Source: Patescibacteria group bacterium (lineage in GTDB: Bacteria > Patescibacteriota > Patescibacteriia > UBA10025 > JBIOWE01). Taken from it: 64,000 nt of DNA. A program made the translations under genes and the position numbers. Each line of letters starts with the position of its first letter. Position 1 is the stretch's first letter. Where the stretch lies: contig JBIOWE010000006.1 in the NCBI GenBank assembly GCA_044868145.1, forward strand, positions 14,558-78,557, given 5' to 3'. The notes below the pieces were generated by a model. It did no database searches. It saw only the letters and a list, made by a program, of their open reading frames with translations, and was not told where the DNA came from. Positions 28,004 to 36,500 of this stretch are shown piece by piece.

Positions 28004-29394
28004 AGCAGGAAGATCAGTATGCAATCAAGTATTTACCCATCGAGGACATTGAACAAACACTGAAACAACCTCGAGAGACATTTGAAGCAGAGCCATTGGA
28101 TGAGCTTGCGAAGTCAATAAAAGACAAAGGGCTGCTTCAACCAATCATTGTAAGACAGAACGGCACGAAGTACGATGTCGTAGTCGGGGGTCGACGTATT
28201 AAAGCCGCGGCGATAGCAGGGCTGCGAGAAATCCCTGTAATTATTGCGGATGTATCTACATCAGAAGCTTTTGAACTCGCCCTTATTGAAAACGTCCAGC
28301 GAGAAGACCTCACGTTTTTTGAGGAGGCAAACGCGCTCTTGCATCTCATGCGGTCTGGAGATTTTAATAACGCTGATGATTTGGCTGAACGGATTGGAAA
28401 GAACAGATCCTTCATAGTGAGCAGACTGAAACTTCTCCAGTTGCCGGAATCCATTCAAACAATGGTTGCGGAAAAGAAACTTGGTATCTCACACGCGGTC
28501 GCCTTGACGAAATTGCCCGATAAGAAACGTCAAGAAGCCACGGCTAAAATTGTCGCGAAGGATCGTCTGACGCTCACAGAGACACAGAGTCTTGTTTTGA
28601 AGAAAACAGGGTCCCTTGTTCGGCGCTATAAAGTAGCAGAGACGAACTCGCCCATTGCGATTCTCGAACGGCTACACAACTATCTAACCCTTGTAGCAAA
28701 TTTAGATTGGAGCCAGGAAGGAAAGATTACCCAGAAAGGTTTGAGAGAAAACTTGGAGAGGGTTGCGCGCAGCTTATTAAACGTTGCGGAGCTTCTCGCT
28801 AAGGGTTCCCCTGCCGAGGAAACGAGGGAGTTCTTGCAAAAAACAAATAAATCAGTAAGTGCGCAACTCAAGATTCTGGGTTTAACGAACCATTGCGAAC
28901 AAGCACGATGGCACTTGCGACGGTTTGATTTTTCCGGGGTGAACCTCGAAGACACTCAACGAATAGCAGAAGTTCTACAGGCACTCCGTCAATTGATAGA
29001 TCTTCGATTAAAGAATCTGCCGCTCCGAAGAGTCAAGGAAGCAAAGAAATCTGCGAGTAAACAGCGTCCAAGCGATAAGTCCTTTGTATCCCCCGATCAT
29101 GTTTTGCGGACTATTTGTGACCAATATGGCATTTCGCTCAAACGGTTTTTGAGCCCCGAGCGAACTGAAGATTTGATCACTGCTCGGCAAATTGCCGCTT
29201 ATATCTTACGCGAGGACTTGGGCCTTACATTTCCTAACATCGCAAAAAAACTGAATAGGGCTACCCATCTAACTGTTATGTATGGCCATGAGGTTATCCA
29301 GGCAGCGATCAAGAAAAATAAGGATTTGCGTATCAATCTTAGTTCGCTCCGAGAAAAGATCTTCGGACCAGCGGTGCAAGTGAAGGATGGGTAA
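28000..29394 (+). CDS. ParB-like protein (ParB N-domain plus HTH) fused to a DnaA domain-IV DNA-binding domain
   Basis: ParB box I [18 protein letters not shown]; box II/CTP-arginine patch [15 protein letters not shown]; ParB HTH [35 protein letters not shown]. The C-terminus [48 protein letters not shown] aligns with DnaA domain IV ([44 protein letters not shown]). Confidence 0.65.
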   Translation: [464 protein letters not shown]

Positions 29395-29490
29395 AATGCC
29401 TAATAGCGCGGTAACCCAAAGGCATTCAAAGAGTACATTTAAGGCGCTTTCTGCAAATTTTCAACTTTGGAGGAAGCGCTGATAACTTTT

Positions 29491-29521
29491 GAGGCACTGT
29501 AGCAACGGTGCCTCTTTTTAT
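29491..29521 (+). terminator. Rho-independent terminator after the ParB-like gene
   Basis: GAGGCAC...GTGCCTC hairpin followed by TTTTT. Confidence 0.65.
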
Positions 29522-29561
29522 TTGCTCAAAAGTTCAAAAATCATTATAATAACCTTAAAGA

Positions 29562-30929
29562 ATGGCTGTTGAATCTACAAAAATGGATAAACTCATGTCC
29601 CTGGCCAAGCGCAGGGGTTTTATTTTTCCGTCGTCCGAACTGTATGGCGGGCTTTCTGGTTTTTGGGATTTTGGGCCGCTCGGTGTGGAGCTCAAGAAAA
29701 ACATCAAGCTCGCGTGGTGGAAGCGATTCGTGCAAATGCGCGACGATATGGTTGGGCTTGACTCGACCATTATTACCAATCCCAAAGTGTGGGAGAAGAG
29801 CGGGCACCTCAAGGGTTTTTCTGATAAATTGGTAGAATGTAAAAGTTGTCACCGTAGATTCAAAGAAGCTGATTTCGCGGCAGCCGACGGAAGTGTTGAA
29901 TTAGTTTGTCCTTACTGTGGAAGCAAGAACTTTGAAAAAGCGAGAGATTTTAACACAATGTTCAAAACATTTGTAGGGCCTGTTGAAGATAGCGCCAGCC
30001 AAGCATATTTACGACCAGAAACCGCGCAAGGCATTTTCGTCAATTTTGAGAACATACGTCAGTCGACGCGTTCACGCATTCCTTTTGGTATAGCGCAAAT
30101 CGGTAAGGCATTTAGGAATGAGATAACGCCGGGGAATTTTATCTATCGCTCGCGCGAGTTTGAGATGATGGAAATCGAATATTTTATAAATCCCAAAGAC
30201 GATGACCAATGGTACAAATACTGGATTGAGGAAGCGCTGAACTATTTTTACGCTTTAGGGATCAGGAAAGACACGATTCGCAAACGCGAGCAAACAAAAG
30301 AAGAGCTGGCGCATTACGCGAAGGCGACAACGGATATTGAGTATAAGTTTCCATTCTCCGCCCACGGCGGATCCGCCGAAGGGGGAGAGAAAGGTTGGGC
30401 GGAACTGACAGGTATTGCAAATCGCACAGATTTCGATCTCAAAGCGCACAATTTGAAATACAAAGACGACCTGACGAAAGAGGAGTTTTTCCCGTACGTG
30501 ATTGAACCATCATTTGGCGTAGATCGCGCGGCGCTGGCATTTCTTCTTGATGCATATGAAGAGGTGAAAGGCGGGCGAACGACAACGACGGAAAGCACGA
30601 AAGAGTCCGAAGTGGTGCTCCGCTTGCATAAAACACTTGCCCCGTACAAAGTCGCGGTGTTGCCGCTCTCGAAGAAAGAGAATCTTATGAAGATGGCTAA
30701 GGAGATCTATGATATGCTGCGTCCGCATTTTATGACCGCGTATGATGACGTCGCCTCCATTGGCCGCAGGTATCGCCGGCAGGATGAAATCGGCACGCCG
30801 TATTGCGTCACCGTGGACTTTGAAAGCTTGGAAGACCGCGCGGTGACCGTGCGCGATCGCGACACCATGAAGCAAGATAGGGTGCAGAAGGAAGAGTTGC
30901 TGACGTATTTGAGGGAGAAGTTGGCGTGA
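29562..30929 (+). CDS. glyQS: Glycyl-tRNA synthetase (dimeric alpha2 type)
   Basis: N-terminal KRRGFIFPSSELYGGLSGFWDFGPLGVELKKNIK, class II motifs and a C-terminal anticodon-binding domain. Confidence 0.9.
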   Translation: MAVESTKMDKLMSLAKRRGFIFPSSELYGGLSGFWDFGPLGVELKKNIKLAWWKRFVQMRDDMVGLDSTIITNPKVWEKSGHLKGFSDKLVECKSCHRRFKEADFAAADGSVELVCPYCGSKNFEKARDFNTMFKTFVGPVEDSASQAYLRPETAQGIFVNFENIRQSTRSRIPFGIAQIGKAFRNEITPGNFIYRSREFEMMEIEYFINPKDDDQWYKYWIEEALNYFYALGIRKDTIRKREQTKEELAHYAKATTDIEYKFPFSAHGGSAEGGEKGWAELTGIANRTDFDLKAHNLKYKDDLTKEEFFPYVIEPSFGVDRAALAFLLDAYEEVKGGRTTTTESTKESEVVLRLHKTLAPYKVAVLPLSKKENLMKMAKEIYDMLRPHFMTAYDDVASIGRRYRRQDEIGTPYCVTVDFESLEDRAVTVRDRDTMKQDRVQKEELLTYLREKLA

Positions 30930-31070
30930 TGCGCACCAAACACAGCGCACCCCGCCGTGGGTGCGATGGGTGGTTCACGGGATGGGTCGATCGCAGGCAC
31001 AGCAGCCTGTGCTCGGTAGGGTAATTGTATTGGTAAAACAAAAAGCCGAGACGGATCTCGGCCGAAGAAA

Positions 31071-31394
31071 TTACCTGCTCTTACTTTTCTTGTTTTTAGC
31101 CCCTCTCTGTTTCTCGGATCGTTGCCTATCTCTGATCATCATGAATTCCTCACGAGCTGATTCCATAATGAATTCGTACTCGTGTTTCGGAACAAAGATC
31201 GTTCCGCAGATTGGACAAATACATGCAGTGGCTCTGGCGCGCTCTTCTCCAATTTCTATATCAGTTGAATGAGCGTTGGGATGGTCTACCCGAAACGGTG
31301 TAGTCAATACGATTCCGATGGAGCCCGGACTAACTCTACCCCTCGGTGACTCCGCAGTAAATGTGTGACCGACTGGGCATTTTACTTGATACAT
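31071..31394 (-). CDS. Hypothetical zinc-ribbon protein
   Basis: Two Cys pairs, CPVGH...CICPICG. Confidence 0.35.
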   Translation of the reverse strand: MYQVKCPVGHTFTAESPRGRVSPGSIGIVLTTPFRVDHPNAHSTDIEIGEERARATACICPICGTIFVPKHEYEFIMESAREEFMMIRDRQRSEKQRGAKNKKSKSR

Positions 31395-31471
31395 TGATTC
31401 CTCCTATGATTTGATTGTTCAAAGTTCAATTTTGATTAAGCCAGCTTAGCATTTGCGAATCTTGTTTGTCA

Positions 31472-32860
31472 ATGTCATTACAACTTTACAACACTCTAAC
31501 CCACAAAAAAGAACCCTTCAAACCATTGAAGGGTAAAGCTGTTGGCATGTACACCTGCGGGCCGACGGTGTATGAGTATGCGCATATCGGGAATTTGCGC
31601 ACGTATGTCTTTGAAGACGTACTGAAACGCGTTTTGAAGTTCAATGGCTACAAGGTGAAACACGTAATGAACATTACGGACGTTGGACATCTGACCTCGG
31701 ACGCTGATACGGGCGAGGATAAAATGGAGCAAGCGGCGCAGAAGGAAAAAAAGTCCATTTGGGAGATCGCCGAGTTTTATGCGAAGGCATTCAAGCACGA
31801 TTTATGGGATTTGAACATTGAAGAGCCGGACATTTGGTGCAAAGCAACGGATCATATCAAAGAACAAATCGAATGGGTGAAAAAGCTCGAACAAAAAGGA
31901 TTCACCTATCGCACGTCTGACGGCATTTACTTCGATACTTCCAAACTGTCGGATTATGGCAAGCTCACTGGCCAAAATCGGCAGGAGTTGCTTGCTGGTG
32001 CTCGCGTTCAGATGAGCGCGGAAAAAAAGAATCCAACGGACTTCGCCCTGTGGAAGTTTTCGCCGAAGGATAAAAAACGCGCGATGGAATGGGAGTCGCC
32101 ATGGGGCAAAGGGTTTCCCGGCTGGCATTTGGAATGTTCCGTGATGGCGCAGAAGTACCTCGGTGAAACGTTTGACATCCATTGCGGCGGGATTGACCTT
32201 GCGCCCATCCATCATACGAACGAAATCGCGCAAGCGGAAGCGATAACGGGCAAGCCGCTCGCCCGCTATTGGCTGCATGGTGAGTTTTTGACGATTGATG
32301 ACGGCCGCATGGGCAAATCCGAAGGAAATTTTATCACGCTCAAAACGTTGAAAGAGAAGGGGTTCAACCCTCTCGCGTATCGTTTGCTCCTTCTGCAAAC
32401 GCATTACCGTTCCAAAATGAATTTCACCTGGGAAAGTTTGCAAGCTGGCCAGGCGAGTTTGACGAATCTCTATCATCAAGTCGCGGCGCTCGGAGAAGCA
32501 AAAGGCCTGTTGAAAGAATACCTGACGAAATTCCATGACGCGATCAACGACGATTTAGACATGCCAAAAGCGATGTCTATCATGTTCAAACTCGTTGACG
32601 ATCCTCGTGCCCCTGCAGGGGCGAAAAAAGCGACATTGTTGCGATTCGACGAGGTCTTGGGTCTGAATCTGGATAAACCGCAGGCGATTTTTTCAGAGAT
32701 GTCGATTGCCACAACGACCACGCCATCGCCGCATGAGGCTGAGGTTGCAAAACTATTGCGCGAGCGAGATGCGTTCAGAAAAGCTGGCGATTTTAAAAAA
32801 GCCGATGAACTTCGCAAGAAAATTGAATCAATGGAGTATCAGGTGAAAGATAAGCAATAA
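31472..32860 (+). CDS. cysS: Cysteinyl-tRNA synthetase
   Basis: [20 protein letters not shown] (HIGH), KMGKSEGN (KMSKS) and zinc-binding Cys residues. ATG 31472 matches the CysRS N-terminus. Confidence 0.9.
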   Translation: MSLQLYNTLTHKKEPFKPLKGKAVGMYTCGPTVYEYAHIGNLRTYVFEDVLKRVLKFNGYKVKHVMNITDVGHLTSDADTGEDKMEQAAQKEKKSIWEIAEFYAKAFKHDLWDLNIEEPDIWCKATDHIKEQIEWVKKLEQKGFTYRTSDGIYFDTSKLSDYGKLTGQNRQELLAGARVQMSAEKKNPTDFALWKFSPKDKKRAMEWESPWGKGFPGWHLECSVMAQKYLGETFDIHCGGIDLAPIHHTNEIAQAEAITGKPLARYWLHGEFLTIDDGRMGKSEGNFITLKTLKEKGFNPLAYRLLLLQTHYRSKMNFTWESLQAGQASLTNLYHQVAALGEAKGLLKEYLTKFHDAINDDLDMPKAMSIMFKLVDDPRAPAGAKKATLLRFDEVLGLNLDKPQAIFSEMSIATTTTPSPHEAEVAKLLRERDAFRKAGDFKKADELRKKIESMEYQVKDKQ

Positions 32861-32987
32861 AAAGTCATTGCGAGGAGCGAAGTGGTAATGTAATCTTATA
32901 TGGAGACCCTGAAACAAGTTCAGGGTGACAAGCTACAGCCATCTGTCATGCTGAACTCGTTTCAGCATCTCCCGGCCGCTCCTCGCA

Positions 32988-34271
32988 ATGATGCCATATA
33001 CTATGTTCAAACAATACAAACTGAAAAACGGTTTGCGCGTGATTCACTCGCCTTTGCATGAGACCGAGGCAGTGACTGTGCTGATTTTATTCAAAGTCGG
33101 TTCGCGCTATGAACGCAGGAACATCAATGGCATCTCGCACTTCGTCGAGCACCTGATGTTCAAAGGCACGAAGAAACGTCCAACAACCCTGGATATTTCC
33201 AAAGAGCTGGACGGCATCGGCGCGAGCTATAATGCGTTTACGTCAAAAGATCACACGGGCTACTACATTAAGGCAAGCCATGACAAAATTGAACTGTTGC
33301 TGGATATGTTATCTGACATGCTATTCAATTCCAAATTCGATCCGACCGAAATAGAGCGCGAGCGCAAGGTGATCATCGAGGAGATCAACATGTACGAAGA
33401 TAACCCTATGATGATGGCCGAAGATTTTTTTGAGCAAGCGGTCTACGAAGGCAGTACGCTCGGTTGGCAAATAGCCGGGCCCAAGGAAGTGATTCGGAAA
33501 GTAACGCGTAACGATATTGTTCAATATTTCAATCGTTTCTACGGTCTACGCAACATGATAGTCGGCATTGCCGGCAACACGTCGAAGAACATTATCCAGC
33601 GTGTGCAGCATTATTTTAACCAACCGGATCCGAATAAGCGCTACCCCGCGTTTCCTCCTGCTCATGTGCGCCAAACAAAACCGCGGGTACGGGTGAAGTT
33701 CAAAGAAACCGAGCAAGTGCATTTGATGTGCGGCTATCCGTCGTATTCCTATTATGACAAGCGTTTATACCCGCTGATGCTGCTCTCTATTATTCTCGGC
33801 GGCAACATGAGCTCGCGATTATTCATTTCCATCCGTGAGCGTAAGGGACTGTGTTATTATATCCGCGCCGGCGTGAATATTTATGAAGACACGGGCAATT
33901 TTGCCGTGCAAGCCGGCCTGGATCGCAAACGTATTCATGAAGCAATTCGGGCGATTCATGGAGAGCTCGTGCAAGCTGCGCGCCAGGGCGTAACACCGGA
34001 CGAACTCCAAAAAGCAAAAGATTTTCTCAAAGGCAAGCTTATTCTGGACTTTGAAGATTCTGAACAAATCGCTTCGTATTACACGCGGCAAGCGCTCTTG
34101 AAAAAACGTGTTCTGTCGCTCGACGAGTACTTTCGACGCATTGACGCGGTGGGAAGAGTCGGGGTGCAAACCGTGGCGCGCGATATTATGCGGAAGAACC
34201 GTTTGAACCTGACGCTCATTGGTCCGTATAAGCAAGCCAAAGAATTTGAAACACTTTTACACTCTTTGTGA
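32988..34271 (+). CDS. M16 family zinc peptidase (insulinase-like)
   Basis: HFVEHLMFKGT inverted zinc motif (HxxEH) and NGLRV. Alternative starts are at 32991 and 33003. Confidence 0.8.
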   Translation: MMPYTMFKQYKLKNGLRVIHSPLHETEAVTVLILFKVGSRYERRNINGISHFVEHLMFKGTKKRPTTLDISKELDGIGASYNAFTSKDHTGYYIKASHDKIELLLDMLSDMLFNSKFDPTEIERERKVIIEEINMYEDNPMMMAEDFFEQAVYEGSTLGWQIAGPKEVIRKVTRNDIVQYFNRFYGLRNMIVGIAGNTSKNIIQRVQHYFNQPDPNKRYPAFPPAHVRQTKPRVRVKFKETEQVHLMCGYPSYSYYDKRLYPLMLLSIILGGNMSSRLFISIRERKGLCYYIRAGVNIYEDTGNFAVQAGLDRKRIHEAIRAIHGELVQAARQGVTPDELQKAKDFLKGKLILDFEDSEQIASYYTRQALLKKRVLSLDEYFRRIDAVGRVGVQTVARDIMRKNRLNLTLIGPYKQAKEFETLLHSL

Positions 34272-34294
34272 TCGGTGTATACTAAAGAAGTATT

Positions 34295-35350
34295 ATGGAA
34301 GATAAAAAGCACATCACCATAGATATTTCGACCTCCACGCTCATCCGGACGCTGCTCATTTTGGTAGTTGCCGCTCTCATTTATTTATTGCGCGATGTGG
34401 CGCTCATCCTTGTTGTTGCGCTCGTGTTGTCGTCCGCCGTGAACCCCTTTATCGCCGAGTTGCAGCGCAAGAAAATCCCACGCGTCCTTGGCGCGCTGAT
34501 CGTCTACATTTTGTTGTTCGGCGTGGTCTCATTGATAATCGGTTTGCTCATTCCACCGATTGCAACGCAGATTCGTGAGCTTTCGCAAAACTTCTCAACG
34601 TATTGGTCGCGCATTATTACCGATTTCACTCAGTTCCAAGGGTCATCGATTCAGCGAAGCTTCGTGGACAATTTGCAGAAAGGACTTCAATCCTTGCAAA
34701 CGAACATCGGGCAAACGAGCGCCAGCGTGGTCACCACTATCGCGAGTATTTTTGGTGGTTTCTTTGCCTTCATCGGTATTATCGTCATCACATTTTACAT
34801 TCTTATTGAAGAAGACGCGGTGAAGCGATTTTTGCGTTCGGTTACACCGGTCCGGTATCAGCCGTATCTGTTTCATTTGATTAATCGGATGCAAGAACGG
34901 CTCGGGCAGTGGCTGAAAGGTCAACTCTTGCTCTGCCTTATTATTGGTATCTTGTCTTATATTGGACTCTCAGCCGTCGGGGTGCCGTATGCGCTTGTGC
35001 TCGCGCTCTGGGCGGGGCTGACGGAATTTATTCCATACCTCGGTCCGTTCATCGGCGCCGTGCCAGCGATCTTCATCGCGCTCACGACGGGTGGATGGGT
35101 GCCCGCGCTTCTTGTGCTTGGGTTGTACGTCGTCATCCAGCAACTGGAGAACCATTTGATTGTGCCGAAGGTTATGGAGAAAACGGCTGGCATCAATCCG
35201 CTCGTGGTTATTATTGTTATGTACATCGGCGCGAAGCTCGCGGGCATCCTAGGCATTCTTCTGGCGGTTCCGGTCGCCTTGATCGTCAAAGTATTCATGG
35301 AAGATTTGGTCGGCAAGAAGGAAGTAACGGCCAATAAATTGGAAACCTAA
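34295..35350 (+). CDS. AI-2E family transporter (PerM/UPF0118)
   Basis: Eight TM helices and the conserved YLGPFIGAVPAIFIALTTGGW segment. Confidence 0.8.
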   Translation: MEDKKHITIDISTSTLIRTLLILVVAALIYLLRDVALILVVALVLSSAVNPFIAELQRKKIPRVLGALIVYILLFGVVSLIIGLLIPPIATQIRELSQNFSTYWSRIITDFTQFQGSSIQRSFVDNLQKGLQSLQTNIGQTSASVVTTIASIFGGFFAFIGIIVITFYILIEEDAVKRFLRSVTPVRYQPYLFHLINRMQERLGQWLKGQLLLCLIIGILSYIGLSAVGVPYALVLALWAGLTEFIPYLGPFIGAVPAIFIALTTGGWVPALLVLGLYVVIQQLENHLIVPKVMEKTAGINPLVVIIVMYIGAKLAGILGILLAVPVALIVKVFMEDLVGKKEVTANKLET

Positions 35351-35353
35351 CCC

Positions 35354-36025
35354 ATGGGACGTTTGTACGTCGTTGGAACGCCGATTGGCAACCTTGATGA
35401 TGTGTCCAAGCGGGCGCTTGATATTTTGCGGCAGGTTGACGTAATCCTGTGCGAGGACACGCGGCACACGGCAATACTCCTGAATCGTTACGACATTCGG
35501 AAGGAACTTGTGAGCTATCATCAGCATTCGAAAGTGAGGAAGCTCGACGAGATTGTTCGCATGCTTGAACAGGGGAAGAGTCTTGCCATGGTGTCCGACT
35601 CCGGCACGCCCGGCATATCCGATCCCGGCAACGTGCTTGTGCGCTACGTGCGCGACAAGCTCGGCGACAAGGTCACGATATCGCCGACTCCAGGCGCTTC
35701 AGCCTTGACCGCGCTCGCATCGGTTACCGGCTTGCCGACTCATCAATTCCTGTTCCTCGGCTTCTTGCCCCATAAAGGCAGGACCAAAGTGTATAAAGAG
35801 ATCGAGGAAGCCGAACGCACCGTCATATTTTACGAATCGCCGTATCGGATTATGCGAACGCTGGAAGATTTGAAGCAGCGCATTCCGGACCGATACGCGG
35901 TCATTGGCCGCGAGCTCACGAAACAGTTCGAAACCATATATGCCGGTTCCATTGCCGATGCATTTGAAAAGTTAAAAGCAGGGGAGCAGCGTGGGGAATT
36001 TGTGGTAGCGATAAGTTCGAAATAA
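35354..36025 (+). CDS. rsmI: 16S rRNA (cytidine1402-2'-O)-methyltransferase RsmI
   Basis: LYVVGTPIGNLDDVSKRALDILRQVDVILCEDTRHT tetrapyrrole-methylase-like fold signature. Confidence 0.85.
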   Translation: MGRLYVVGTPIGNLDDVSKRALDILRQVDVILCEDTRHTAILLNRYDIRKELVSYHQHSKVRKLDEIVRMLEQGKSLAMVSDSGTPGISDPGNVLVRYVRDKLGDKVTISPTPGASALTALASVTGLPTHQFLFLGFLPHKGRTKVYKEIEEAERTVIFYESPYRIMRTLEDLKQRIPDRYAVIGRELTKQFETIYAGSIADAFEKLKAGEQRGEFVVAISSK

Positions 36026-36133
36026 CGCACTCCCGTGCGTCAAGCCATTCAGGGGCGGCTTGACAGACCTGCCCGCAATCGGCTTCGCCGAAGGCGAAGG
36101 CAGGCGGGCGAAAGTCTGTTAATCAAAAACTTT

Positions 36134-36349
36134 ATGCAAGAAGACAATACAAAAGCATTTAATAAAGGCGACGTGGTGTCGGATGACGGCGAATATGTGT
36201 GCGTGCCCTGCGGGTATCATCACACGTATAAGCAGCATGAGAAGTTCGGCGAATGTATTTCCTGTCTTTCCGGCACACCCGAAGGCCACGAGGATTTTGT
36301 GGAGGGGATGGAAATGTGGGAGAAGGTCGACAGCAAAAGAAAAAAGTAA
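36134..36349 (+). CDS. Hypothetical zinc-ribbon protein
   Basis: CVPCGYHH...CISCLSG. Start moved to the internal ATG; the ORF-track N-terminus (RLRRRRRQ) is a GC-rich hairpin read-through. Confidence 0.35.
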   Translation: MQEDNTKAFNKGDVVSDDGEYVCVPCGYHHTYKQHEKFGECISCLSGTPEGHEDFVEGMEMWEKVDSKRKK

Positions 36350-36376
36350 CAATTGAGAAATACTCTTTTATTATTG

Positions 36377-36455
36377 TTGTCATTCTGACAACCGGAGGGA
36401 GGAAGAATCTCCCAGCTTAAAGAAGGAGATCCTTCCCTACGCTCAGGATGACAGC
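36377..36455. repeat. Structured intergenic repeat, family E (copy 2)
   Basis: TGTCATTCTGAC...GGAGGGAGGAAGAATCTCCC...GGAGATCCTTCCC...CAGGATGACAG. Related to 8577-8692. Confidence 0.5.
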
Positions 36456-36500
36456 GAAAGAGCCAGCATGGCCTTTTTTGTGTTATAATTAACGTATGAT

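Noticed and set aside
36035-36133. N-terminal extension of the zinc-ribbon ORF (MRQAIQGRLDRPARNRLRRRRRQ...)
   Set aside because: The extension is encoded by a GC-rich palindrome (CTGCCCGC...GCGGGCAGG) just after rsmI, more likely a hairpin than coding. The internal ATG with an AT-rich spacer is the more plausible start.
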